A stretch of 64,000 nt of DNA from Macrostomum lignano (taxonomy: Eukaryota). Position 1 is the stretch's first letter, and each line of letters opens with the position of its first letter. Under the pieces are notes generated by a model. It was not told the DNA's origin, made no database searches, and saw nothing but the letters and a program-made list of their open reading frames with translations. The translations under genes and the position numbers were made by a program. The stretch covers positions 124,001 to 188,000 of the forward strand of contig NIVC01001908.1 of NCBI GenBank assembly GCA_002269645.1. Direction: 5' to 3'. Positions 52,078-64,000 of the stretch are shown here, piece after piece.

Positions 52078-52752
52078 ACCCCCAAACATACAGCAACCTC
52101 TCTTCCACTTCCAAACATGCAGCACCCTCTCTTCCACTTGACATGTAGAAGCCACTCTTCCACTTCCTAACATACAGCACCCTCTCTTCCACTCCCTAAC
52201 ATACAGCACCCTCTCTTCCACTTCCAAACATACAGCAGCCTCTCTTCCCCTTCCTAACATACAGCACCCTCTCTTCCCCTTCCTAACATACAGCACCCTC
52301 TCTTCCCCTTCCTAACATACAGCACCCTCTCTTCCACTTCCTAACATACAGCACCCTCTCTTCAACTTCCTAACATACAGCACCCTCTCTTCCACTTCCA
52401 AACATACAGCAGCCTCTCTTCCCCTTCCTAACATACAGCACCCTCTCTTCCACTTCCTAACATACAGCAGCCTCTCTTCCCCTTCCTAACATACAGCAGC
52501 CTCTCTTCCCCTTCCTAACATACAGCACCCTCTCTTCCACTTCCTAACATACAGCAGCCTCTCTTCCACTTCCTAACATACAGCAGCCTCTCTTCCACTT
52601 CCTAACATACAGCAGCCTCTCTTCCCCTTCCTAACATACAGCAGCCTCTCTTACACTTCCTAACATACAGCAGCCTCTCTTACACTTCCTAACATACAGC
52701 AACCTCTCTTCCCCTTCCTAACATACAGCAGCCTCTCTTCCACTTCCTAACA
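52078..52752. repeat. 29 bp minisatellite (CCTAACATACAGCACCCTCTCTTCCACTT), ~23 copies
   Basis: Seen directly. Confidence 0.96.
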
Positions 52753-53699
52753 TACAGGACCAATAAAAACATCCTCCATAAACTTGACAAACACAAGAAA
52801 GCGCGAACTGCAGTGGATCATAGCAGAGATACCCCAGAAGCCGCAGCTCGCAAGCGTCACGCCAAAATGGGGGCGAACTGACAGTCACTAACTGGCCGAC
52901 ACGCGGATGTATTGGAAATAATTAGAGCCTGAAAACGGGCTCAGATTCACAGAACTACATGTACATGGTTGGTAGCGAAGACGGCAATCAGAGCCAGCTG
53001 AGATATAGGGGGGGGGGGAGAACAGATGATTCTGGCGTCCAGAGGAGGGGGTTGCTCGGATTCACACCACGTCCCTTCCGCCGCACGCACACAACCCCAA
53101 CCTCCAGTAGCGTAATCTCATTTATTCCTCGTGAGGATTAACGACTGCAGGAGCCGGCAGAGGCCGATAAGAATTTGGGACGGCTCGAGCAAGGCATGCC
53201 GATAGAAGCGGCGCTGGCTTGTAAACACGAATCACTGGCATAGATATGCCTGAGCAGGGGCATTGGGAATCAGCGAGAACAGAAATCTGCCTGTGCTGGC
53301 ACTGGCGCATCTTCTAGACAGACTCCCGGCTCTTAACGGGGCCGCTGCCATAATATCTGCGCGAATAAAGGGGAAACTGACCGGTGGACAGAAAATTGAT
53401 GGCGCTGCAGACCGAATCTATCCAATGAAGGGACTGTCAAATGCAAAGAATGCACACACGGGGAGAACAGTGAACTTGACGGGACAGCAGATGGAATGAA
53501 AACATGCTGCCTTTACGACTTCTGCCTGCTTAATTCCCCTTAGTTACAGGATAAGAGAAATTTAAGAGAATAGAATGCCAACATTATTGACACACAGCTG
53601 CTTTCAACGCTAATATCATTCCGTTAAATTTCCGTTTTGCACAATGCTGCAACTGACAGACACTGAGAATAGAGATGCAGCGACAAATATGAAGACAAA

Positions 53700-53734
53700 G
53701 AGACAGACAGACAGACAGACAGACACACAGACAC

Positions 53735-53781
<47 letters not shown>

Positions 53782-53790
53782 GTTAGACGG
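53700..53790. repeat. (GACA)n microsatellite
   Basis: Seen directly. Confidence 0.95.
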
Positions 53791-54291
53791 ATGGACAGAG
53801 AAAGTATTTTTCGCACTTTACTACTATATACGCTGGTATTGGTTTGACTCTCTAGAGTCTATAGATAGCCAATATAACTGCCGTCTAAGTCATATCCCGA
53901 CAGAAAGACGTCAGAATCTTGTGAAAAGGGCTGAATTTAAAGATTCCTTGATAGCCGATACGAGCGTAAGCTTAAGTTTCACTTTTTGCAGAGACTTTGG
54001 ACTATTTTTATCCACAAAGGAATAATTTTAATTGGAAAATAATAATAGATTAACAATGAACAAAAAGCACATTACCAATTAATATTGAGTCAATTAAAGC
54101 AGAACTGCTAAGCACTTACAAGCGATTTATACATGCACTTCGCTAGTCAAGCAAAAAATCCTGCTTAAGTCATTGGAGATTAAAAAAGGTTAACTGCTAA
54201 AATGTTTCAGTTTCAATTTTGGTTTCGTAGAAACAAAAAATATTAGAAGGGCAAGATGGTACTGCACCCCGATGTCTCGCAATGGCGATGT

Positions 54292-54700
54292 TGCTGAATC
54301 AGTGCGAGCTGTGGGGGGGGGGTTAGGGAGTGAGGTTGCTGAATCAGTGCGAGCTGTGGGGGGTTAGGGAATGAGGTTGCTGAATCAGTGCGAGCTGTGG
54401 GGGGGGTTAGGGAATGAGGTTGCTGAATGAGTGCGAGCTGTGGGGGGTAGGGAGTAAAGCTGCTGAATGAGTGCGAGCTGTAGGGGGTAGGGAATGAGGT
54501 TGCTGAATCAGTGAGAGCTGTAGGGGGGGGGTAGGGAGTGAAGCTGCTGAATGAGTGCGAGCTGTAGGGGGTAGGGAGTGAAGTTGCTGAATGAGTGCGA
54601 GCTGTGGGGGGTAGGGGTGAGGTTATTGAATGAGTGCGAGCTGTGGGGGGGGTAGGGGGTGAGGTTGTTGAATGAGTGCGAGCTGTGGGGGGTAGGGAGT
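54292..54700. repeat. ~38-41 bp G-rich minisatellite (GTTGCTGAATSAGTGCGAGCTGTGGGGG(G)nTAGGGAGTGAG), ~10 copies
   Basis: Seen directly; variable G runs. Confidence 0.92.
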
Positions 54701-54825
54701 GGCTACGTTTTTTGGGAGATTAAAGACAATGAAACACTCTCTAAAGCTTTTAAAATATGTTAGCCAGAATATCCAGTCCTTGCATCCCACATTCACTAAC
54801 AAGAAGAGGCTCTGCGGCTTCGCCA

Positions 54826-55330
54826 TCAGGCCCCGCGAAGCCGACAAAAGGCCAAGTAGAGAAACTCGATGATTTCAACGAAGAACGCCATGGTGAGTCC
54901 GAGGCAAAGCGAGCAAAGACCGCCTACCCGGCTGACCAGCGCCTCAAATGTGACGGTCAGCTTCTCCTCTCGTCTCGTTGTGTCAAACGTCTTTCGTCGA
55001 ACTATGACGTAAGCGTAGCTGTTCTCTCCCGAAGGCAGCTCATCATGCCTACTCGGAGTCCCAGCTGGCATCCGGGTGAGGTCCGGAGCGTCCAGGTAGT
55101 TCAGAATCTGTTTGGCGAGAGGTCCTACGCTGTGTCTATGGATGATTGCCTCCTTGAGCTGTTTCCAGCTCTGCGACTGGTTGAGCATCCAGTGCAGCTG
55201 AAAGTCTGTGGCCCTCCATCTGGTGATTGACAGCTCTTGCTTATAGTAGTACTTGCTGCAGCGCTTTCTGCAGGAGGCGTCGTTGTCAGCCGTGCCAGTA
55301 TCGCCTAGGGATTCCAGGCACCTGAGTCGG
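54826..55330 (-). CDS. DEG/ENaC (ASIC-like) channel, last exon: end of thumb, palm, TM2, short tail
   Basis: CATTTCAG| acceptor at 55331, phase 2: (D)RLRCLES..SCRKRCSKYYY..W....EEKLTVTFEALVSRVGGLCSLCLGLTMAFFVEIIEFLY; TGA at 54826-28. Confidence 0.9.
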
Positions 55331-55425
55331 CTGAAATGTTTTAAAGAACTTGGGGCTTAGTAATTTTGCGTTCTGAGCATTGTATGGTGAAAGACTTTAC
55401 GGCATTTGACGAAGAGATGCTAGCT

Positions 55426-56575
55426 TCCTTCTTCCTTCCTTCCTTCCTTCCTTCCTTCCTTCCTTCCTTCCTTCCTTCCTCCCTTCCTTCCTTCCTTCCT
55501 TCCTTCCTTCCTTCCTTCCTTCCTTCCTCCCTTCCTCCCTCCCTTCCTTCCTCCCTTCCTTCCTCCCTTCCTTCCTCCCTTCCTTCCTCCCTTCCTTCCT
55601 TCCTTCCTTCCTTCCTTCCTTCCTTCCTTCCTCCCTTCCTTCCTCCCTTCCTTCCTTCCTTCCTTCCTCCCTTCCTTCCTTCCTTCCTTCCTCCCTTCCT
55701 TCCTTCCTTCCTTCCTTCCTTCCTCCCTTCCTTCCTCCCTTCCTTCCTCCCTTCCTTCCTCCCTTCCTTCCTTCCTTCCTTCCTCCCTTCCTTCCTTCCT
55801 TCCTTCCTTCCTTCCTTCCTTCCTTCCTTCCTCCCTTCCTTCCTCCCTTCCTTCCTCCCTTCCTTCCTCCCTTCCTTCCTCCCTTCCTTCCTCCCTTCCT
55901 TCCTTCCTTCCTCCCTTCCTTCCTCCCTTCCTTCCTCCCTTCCTTCCTCCCTTCCTTCCTTCCTTCCTTCCTCCCTTCCTTCCTCCCTTCCTTCCTCCCT
56001 TCCTTCCTTCCTTCCTTCCTTCCTTCCTTCCTTCCTTCCTTCCTTCCTCCCTTCCTCCCTTCCTTCCTCCCTTCCTTCCTTCCTCCCTTCCTTCCTTCCT
56101 TCCTTCCTTCCTTCCTTCCTTCCTTCCTTCCTCCCTTCCTTCCTCCCTTCCTTCCTCCCTTCCTTCCTCCCTTCCTTCCTTCCTCCCTTCCTTCCTCCCT
56201 TCCTTCCTCCCTTCCTTCCTTCCTTCCTTCCTTCCTTCCTTCCTTCCTTCCTTCCTCCCTTCCTTCCTTCCTTCCTTCCTTCCTTCCTTCCTTCCTTCTT
56301 TCCTTCCTTCATCCTTCCTTCCTTCCTTCCTTCCTCCCTTCCTTCCTTCCTTCCTTCCTTCCTTCCTTCCTTCCTTCCTTCCTCCCTTCCTTCCTCCCTT
56401 CCTTCCTCCCTTCCTTCCTCCCTTCCTTCCTTCCTCCCTTCCTTCCTCCCTTCCTTCCTCCCTTCCTTCCTTCCTTCCTTCCTTCCTTCCTTCCTTCCTT
56501 CCTTCCTCCCTTCCTTCCTTCCTTCCTTCCTTCCTTCCTTCCTTCCTTCTTTCCTTCCTTCATCCTTCCTTCCTT
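55426..56575. repeat. (TTCC)n/(TCCC) compound microsatellite, ~1.15 kb, in an ENaC intron
   Basis: Seen directly. Confidence 0.98.
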
Positions 56576-57894
56576 AGTTTATTGGCGCTGGACGTGCAAG
56601 CGCCAGCAGAAACCGACAGTAGACCCGCATATATTCCAGCAAATGCCGGGTAAAGTGGAGGCGGTTTCAAGCTCTGTCGGTAGCTGCGCTAGCTGCAAAT
56701 TTTCGCTGCTGGATATGAGTACGCTCGTATTGCTAACAATTCTCTGCACATTTTGCATTGTCAAGTGATGGAGAGATTTTTACCGTTTTTGGGCATAAGC
56801 GATAGCTTCATCCCGGAGCCTTTTCATGAAAATTTTCATTGCAAGTCGTTCATTGCAGCTATTAATTTTCAAAAGGCAGCCACTGATCGACTCTGATTAT
56901 CAACAATGAGGCCAAACAGACAAAGGAAGGCTTCATTCAAGGCGGGATGCAAAAGAGGAAGAACAATAGAGCTGAATTTACGCTGATAAAGGGATATTTT
57001 TAACGCACCGATTCGGTTTGCAGATAAGCTTTGGCTTCGTTTGTTACGACATTCATGTGATTCCATCTTTAATTAAGTGAAACTACTCGCCATTTTCCGC
57101 TGCTTGCTACTATAAGTAGTAATGGTTTTTTCAAATGGAAGAATCTCGGACGAAATTGAATTGAATTCAGTGATATTTTGCTTGCAGTCAAATGCACTCC
57201 CTGTGAATGAAGTGCTTCTCATTTTTTCAGAGAATTTTTCCAAATATTGACGGCCGATGCAAGAGCAACAGAACTCAATTGAAGTATATGGCACAGGTAA
57301 GATCTGATTCGTGAGATGTTCTATTAATTTCTACCACTAAGCAAAGTGTATTGATTTCACTGCACCCGAAATCACGAACATCTGGTCTGCCAGCGCACTG
57401 GACCTGGCTCTGTCAGTCACAGCCTGCCCAATTTTTCTATGGAAGATTTGAGGAAACGAAAGCTTTCTGACAGTGATTGCACAGCTGTTGCAGGTGAAAT
57501 TTCATCTGGCCTCGATTTAGTCCAGGTCCAGCGCCTGGTCTGTCTCTGGCACCAATTCCACTCGTCGTCTTTCCAGAAATCATGCGAATTTTTTTTTTGA
57601 AAAATCCATCTCTCATTTACGCTCGTAATACGTCATTCCGAATCAAGGAGACTTAGGGATGAGGGATTCGACTTTCCATAACCTCATCTCCGAGGCACGC
57701 GTCAAATTGCGTATACAGCCAACGATGAGAATGTCAAGGTGTACATCACCAGTGGAGGCTGGGGATGATGGCGCCCCTTTATGACACAGGAGTGCCATAA
57801 AACACAAGCATAGAAGTTGACTGGATAACTTCATACTATAAGCACAGGTCCTCATCAGAATCAAGGTCCTCACCGCCCCCGCCCTCAGTTTGCT

Positions 57895-59050
57895 CAGTAT
57901 GGCGCCACTCTAGTGTAAATTTTGGCGCCCCTCTAGTGTATATCATGGCGCCCATCTAGTGTATATTATGGCGCCACTCTAGTGTAAATTATGGCGCCAC
58001 TCTAGTGTATATTCTGGCGCCACTCTAGTGTAAATTATGGCGCCCCTCTAGTGTATATTCTGGCGCCACTCTAGTGTAAATTATGGCGCCACTCTAGTGT
58101 AAATTATGGCGCCACTCTAGTGTAAATTATGGCGCCACTCTAGTGTATATTATGGCGCCACTCTAGTGTAAATTATGGCGCCACTCTAGTGTAAATTATG
58201 GCGCCACTCTAGTGTATATCATGGCGCTCATCTAGTGCATCTAGTGTATTTTATGGCGCCACTCTAGTGTAAATTATGGCGCCACTCTAGTGTATATCAT
58301 GGCGCTCATCTAGTGCATCTAGTGTATTTTATGGCGCCACTCTAGTGTAAATTATGGCGCCACTCTAGTGTAAATTATGGCGCCCCTCTAGTGTATATTC
58401 TGGCGCCACTCTAGTGTAAATTATGGCGCCCCTCTAGTGTATATTCTGGCGCCACTCTAGTGTAAATTATGGCGCCACTCTAGTGTAAATTATGGCGCCA
58501 CTCTAGTGTATATTCTGGCGCCACTCTAGTGTAAATTATGGCGCCACTCTAGTGTATATTATGGCGCCACTCTAGTGTATATTATGGCGCCACTCTAGTG
58601 TAAATTATGGCGCCACTCTAGTGTATATTATGGCGCCACTCTAGTGTATATTATGGCGCCACTCTAGTGTAAATTATGGCGCCACTCTAGTGTATAATAT
58701 GGCGCCACTCTAGTGTAAATTATGGCGCCACTCTAGTGTATATTATGGCGCCACTCTAGTGTATATTATGGCGCCACTCTAGTGTAAATTATGGCGCCAC
58801 TCTAGTGTATATTATGGCGCCACTCTAGTGTAAATTATGGCGCCACTCTAGTGTATATTATGGCGCCACTCTAGTGTAAATTATGGCGCCACTCTAGTGT
58901 ATATTATGGCGCCACTCTAGTGTATAATATGGCGCCACTCTAGTGTATATTATGGCGCCACTCTAGTGTATATTATGGCGCCACTCTAGTGTATATTATG
59001 GCGCCACTCTAGTGTATATTATGGCGCCACTCTAGTGGGTATTATGACGC
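57895..59050. repeat. 23 bp minisatellite (ATGGCGCCACTCTAGTGTAWATT), ~49 copies
   Basis: Seen directly. Confidence 0.97.
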
Positions 59051-59338
59051 CCCCTCTTATGATTAAAATCTGCCCCCCCCCTCATTTTATAATTCTTAAT
59101 CCGCCTCTGTAAATCACTTAATATGGCTTTCACGCGATCGAAAATTTCTATGACCGGAAAGTTTTGCTTGTCTCTTTACAAGTAACAAGTAAAAAATTGA
59201 CCATTTTTAGGATTAAAAAAATTGAGCTTCTGAAATGGACGAAATTTAGAACATTATTCGGTAGATTTATGCGCATTTCTTAGCCTGTGAAGTTGCATCA
59301 GTAACCATTTGGATGCATTGTTAGTACAATTGACTTAC

Positions 59339-59615
59339 TCAACAATCTGTGAGACGTTGGCTGACCGGAAGTCGCCGCAGTAGGGCACACTTGGACTCGG
59401 CAGGCCCGTCGGTCGGGGCAGCCTCGACAGCAGGCATCCGCAGAGCGCGATGGCCCGCCGGTTCATCGCCTGCTCTTTGCAGGCCTCGAAGCTGTACGAA
59501 TAGACGTTGTCCAGGTCGGTGATGCTTGGCAGGCTCTTGGCGTGGCACTTGTCGATGGGCGAGTCTCTGGCCTCCTGCCAGTGCACGGTCTCGAAAGCGA
59601 TCTCCACCATTTTGC
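59339..59615 (-). CDS. DEG/ENaC channel, thumb-domain exon
   Basis: CCTAG| acceptor with phase 1 completes PG-KMVEIAFE; YSYSFEAC...LCGC...PYCG; donor GA|GTAAGT at 59338, phase 2. Confidence 0.9.
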
Positions 59616-61959
59616 CTAGGAATGGTTGGATGAAGTATTCCGATCAGTTTGCAAGTACACACACGATGACTTGTTGTTGCACACCGAACGAAGCAACGCA
59701 GGACAACACAGGATCCAGTGTCACACAGGCCAATAAGGGCTACTGTAATTACCAAACCCGCAGGGTTTCCCACGGCCTGATTAGAAGTCCCACAGCCCCC
59801 CCCCCTGCGACTTCGATACAGGTAGTTGACTCATCCTGTAAATTACAAGTAGCGCATCAAGATTGGTGTAAAAATATTCGAGACCGTTTCCGGTGCATTT
59901 CTTGGCCGCTGTTAGCCTTTAAAAGGACAAATTTATTTTGGTTTGAAAGTATTCATCGCCATAAAGATTCGCAAAAGGGCTACGGGTGCAACGCCTTTGA
60001 TGACATCGTCCCAATTCTGCTCACTTTGCTGACTCCTGAGACTTATTCAGGGGAATTAAATTCAACTGCTCATGTTGCGAACGCTTTAAAATTGATTGTA
60101 GAAGCTGGCACTTCAGAACTGCTCCAACGATTTCATTTCGGTTCGCGTGGCAAAGGTGGGGATTGAGCTGCCTCCGCTTCAATAATGTCAGGCGATTAAA
60201 ACCAAGCCAGACTGTTGCATGCTGGCGTGTTGGCTGAGTTGAGGAAGGAGATTTTAAGTAATCAAAAATGCCTCTCACCTTTTCCTCGGATCAGAATACG
60301 GAAGCGCCTACTGATGTGGTTCAAAGAGGATGATTATTAGCAAGCAACAGAGAAGCAAAAATACAACTTTGACAGCGATTTTGAATACATTTCAAATACT
60401 TCTAGCCTTGTCAATCATAGTTAAACAAAATAATCAATAAATAGCAAGTCCTATCTGTCTGGCATTAGGAATAAAAAATTCCAGCATCACTTTTTGATTA
60501 GTTGGAACCTGACAATGAGGATGTACACCCTGCGTGAGCGTCCGTGTCTGGTTGACGGACTGGACATAGCTGTTTGTCTTCTTGCTGACTGCGGTTCGAA
60601 CCAGGGCCCTCTGAAAACGAACTAATACAGAGAACTCTCTAGTCCTACAAATTAATACATGAAGCTGCACACATCTTTCCACACTAATAATTATTATTAA
60701 TCCCGACTGGCTAAATTAATACGGATTGCAAAAAGAAGTGAAATTCTGTTTGCCAAGCCGTCGCAAGCGAAAATTCCTTCCTACCAGAGGAATGACAAAT
60801 TAGCATTCTTATTGCTAATAAGTCAGTCGCAGTGGTGCATTGAGCCGCCGTTTTGGCTGTAGAGGGCCTGGTGCGGTTGTAATTACTAGAGAAGCTTTCA
60901 GCCGGACGAATTGGAAGAAATTTGGCTTTTTAGAGACCCTAGAAAACAGCACGCTTCTTCAATGCATCGGCGACGCTGTATCCAAGCGCGAACGGTGGAA
61001 ATTATTTGAGGAGCTCTTATTTCAAATCCTAAAACCTACTACTCACCATATGAGAAATAACGAAATTCAATGCTATAAATTTTATGATACACATATCGAA
61101 ATCAAGCGTATGCAAAGCTTCATCAACCCATCAGCTTGTAGGTAATTGCCAGGACAGTTCAAGGATATTTGCGATGCGCGCCTTGCATTCAGTGCCAATT
61201 AGGCAAAAAACAGTTCCATCTGGTTTTTTTAATTAATATGGTCACGGAGATTCCAACAATTATGACCCAACTTTAGACGTTTTTGCCTTATTGGTATTCT
61301 ATGCAAGACGATTTTAAAATTATTTGATTGCAACTGAGGACTGCCCTCGAACTGGGCTGCTCTGATATTTAAATTTATCTTCCAAAGCTATGCACGGGGC
61401 TGGGGAACGTTTTAAAGATGTGGTGGGGCCAACAGGCTTAGCGGTATAAGTCTGAGATAAAAATACAAAGTTTCCAGTATTACATTATACAGTAAACATA
61501 CCGAATTTTCTTGGCTAAAGTGGTGGGCATAGCGGATTTAATTCATGGGGACAGTCGGCAAGTCCTACGCCCAAGGTATTTCTGATTGAATGCGCGACAC
61601 TTCAGAAAAGTCCAGACGATTTTATGCGATAAAAATGCGAATTTTTAGTGTCTTCCGAGATTTATTCATCATAGAAATTGGCTAGAAACGTTTAGAGGTG
61701 ATTCGGAAACAGCAAGATGTCGCAGTACAAGTAGTGCTTAAGACGGTTATTCAATAGTTTCAATCGCTTCAGTGGTTGTGAAATGGAACTGCTGAGAAAT
61801 GCCTTAAAACCGATTGTAAATTGGTTTTCATAAATGACAACAGCGAATGATGAATTTTAATCGTTTTAATCGTTAATCTGTTGCTTTCAGAGCGCCAGTT
61901 ATTTTAAAGTCACTTCTCAATCACTTTACATGTGCCTTTCAACCGCTTACCAGTGGCTC

Positions 61960-62327
61960 GAGGGGGCCGTAGCCCAGCGGTAGCGCAGCTGCTCTGGTGT
62001 GCCAGCGACCCAGGCTCGATTCCAAGTGCAGTCACATTAATTTGGGGCTGAATTGGAATCTCGGCTTACTCTGCTCGTGCAATTAACGGCCTTGAGAGCC
62101 AACCCCCCAAGGCGCAGTGAAGTGTACATGCCTAACGATAAAATAAAGTTAGGGCCGCTGTACACTCCTGTGTGAGTGTGTGCCTGCGTACGTATCCGCG
62201 CGCTTGTATGCCTGCTCAGGGGAGTCGGCAGAATGGGCAGTAATGCCTCTCGTCGGTTGTGTGCCTATGTCGCTTAAAGTGCGCCAGGGTGCACACAACC
62301 CCCCTGCCTCTAATAAAAAAATAATAA
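61960..62327 (+). mobile_element. tRNA-derived SINE, copy 3, full length with TSD
   Basis: A box TAGCCCAGCGG (61970-80), B box GGCTCGATTCC (62013-23), A-rich tail, 12-bp TSD TACCAGTGGCTC at 61948-59 and 62328-39. Confidence 0.9.
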
Positions 62328-62525
62328 TACCAGTGGCTCTAAAGACTAGAAACTGGATGACTCCAAGTGGCACCAACCCCTCTCTATCGGTCTTCGCCAC
62401 TCCCCCCCAAGCCAACTAAGCCACTCGACGCGATCCTCGAGTCTCACAGTCTGTTTGGTCAGCGCTGGTAGAGCCTAGTGAGTTATGGCTAGGCCGTGTC
62501 CCAACAATACGACTCTTTGGCTCAC

Positions 62526-62971
62526 CTGGCTCGATGTGCACGCCACCGTGGTCGATGTCCGGGTGCAGGCCGGCCTCGTGCAGCAGAAGTCGCAGCCCGT
62601 GCGCCTGGTCGAAAACGTCCATGACAAAGGCGCGCTCCCAGGGCGAGGTGACGGCAGTCTGGCTGTCGCCGAGGCTCAGGATGAGGTACACGGTAGATAG
62701 TCGACGCGAACTTTCGGGTTCCAGCGGCACCACCGAGTAGCAGTTGAAGTAGCGCGGATGCGACACCAGCTGGAAGCGGAGTTGGCACTCCTTGGCCTTG
62801 CCAACCATGGCGTAGTTTCCGACGGTGATCATGCAGTGCAGCAGGAAGTCCTCGGCCGTGTGGCCCATGCGGACGGCCAGAGGAGGCGGTAGGTTCTGGT
62901 AGTAGGTGCTGACTTTGTCGTAGAATAGCAGAGTGCTGGCATGGCGGAACTCCCCGGCTAGCAGAAGTGAC
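62526..62971 (-). CDS. DEG/ENaC channel, extracellular exon (finger/beta-ball); TM1 exons lie beyond the window
   Basis: ACCCAG| acceptor at 62972; GHTAEDFLLHC..HPRYFNCY..GLRLLLHE..HPDIDHGGVHIEPG; donor G|GTGAGC at 62525, phase 1. Confidence 0.9.
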
Positions 62972-63019
62972 CTGGGTTCGCATATTATTCAGTGGGAAAT
63001 TTTTGTTGCACAGTGTAGG

Positions 63020-63345
63020 CTCTCGGCCTCTCCCCTCCTCTCTCCCTCCTCTCTCCCTCCTCTTCCCCTCCTCTTCCCCTCCTCTCTCCCCTCCTCTCTC
63101 GCCTCCTCTCTCCCCTCCTCTCTCCAATCCTCTCTCCCCTCCTCTCTCCCCTCCTTTCCCCTCCTCTCTCGCCTCCTTTCCCCTCCTCTCTCCCTCCTCT
63201 CTCCCTCCTCTCTCCCCTCCTCTCTCCCCTCATCTCCCTCTCTTCTTTCTTCTCCTCTCTCCCCTCCTCTCTCCCTCCTCTCTCCCCTCCTCTCTCCCCT
63301 CCTCTCTTCCCTCATCTCCCTCTCTTCTTTCTTCTCCTCTCTCCG
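63020..63345. repeat. CT-rich low-complexity repeat (CCTCTCTCCCCT-like)
   Basis: Seen directly. Confidence 0.9.
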
Positions 63346-64000
63346 GGCCGCAGTCATGCACTAGATTCTATATACGGTCCTTAAGTTAAAAAAGTTTGGC
63401 AACCCCTGTTCTACGCTCGTATAACGAAGTCAGCGATTGATCATTGCAAAAAGAGTCGGAGAAGTAACGTACGTGAAGAAAAAAGTATATTTCGGGTTCT
63501 AAAATAAAAATTACCTTCCTATACTTCTATTTCAGGCTTTATTGAATGCGTGACTTATATGAAAAGGACAGTTGTTGAAGATCTCGGACACACGAACAAC
63601 AGGCGCACTAGGAGAGCACAGACATAGAAAAATTAATAAAATCCCGCTATAGAGCTGCTGGTGATATAGGAAAATGAGAGAGTAAGGGATATTTTAGTTG
63701 CCAAAGCATTTCCCCTAAAGCAGTGAAAATGGATCTTTACCAAAAAGGGGGGGAACCACTGCGGAGGTGAAACCAGCCTGCTGAGAAATGAACAAACACT
63801 GAACTCTAAGGGAAAACTTCAAGTGTTAAAAGTACACTCTGCTGCTGTATAAACAGGTCTGCCAATGCAAAATTGGCTTTAGCTTCTCTGCATGCAGGAA
63901 GTGGCTGACGAACCAGAAATCCAAAACCGTAGCAAACTGGAACTATCGCGAAAATGAACATAGAGCGTTTGATAGAGAAATAAAGTCTAAATCTGCTTCC

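Noticed and set aside
54790-54828. Stop-codon read-through or selenocysteine at the ENaC TGA (next stop 10 codons later)
   Set aside because: Context is TGA-TGG rather than a known leaky context, and no SECIS is evident
57230-57296. Possible plus-strand micro-exon (TTTTTTCAG...CAG|GTAAGA) of a nested gene
   Set aside because: No partner exons or recognisable product; such splice-like pairs arise by chance
61960-62035. SINE heads as genuine tRNA genes
   Set aside because: No 3' acceptor-stem complement and an irregular anticodon arm; each head is fused to a common body and, in one copy, flanked by a TSD

Overview
Eukaryotic, intron-rich metazoan DNA, not prokaryotic. GC-rich exons, very dense mini/microsatellites and the gene families present suggest a lophotrochozoan, plausibly a free-living flatworm such as Macrostomum (inference only). 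Six spliced protein-coding genes were assembled by hand from GT-AG sites and reading-frame phase. (1) 3' part of a divergent calcineurin-B-like EF-hand gene (+). (2) VMA21 (+). (3) A 7-cadherin-repeat protocadherin with 6 coding exons (+). (4) A novel type I transmembrane mucin (+). (5) A myosuppressin-receptor/DmsR-like class A GPCR (-). (6) 3' part of a DEG/ENaC channel with an unusual pore (-). Also present: an internally deleted, frameshifted mariner with TIRs and TA TSD, three copies of a tRNA-derived SINE (one with a 12-bp TSD), about 30 tandem arrays, and a few possible decayed transposon fragments. No CRISPR array, rRNA or intact tRNA was found. Most ORFs in the supplied track are artefacts of repeats or antisense GC-rich exons. 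All homology calls are from remembered family motifs; no database search was run.
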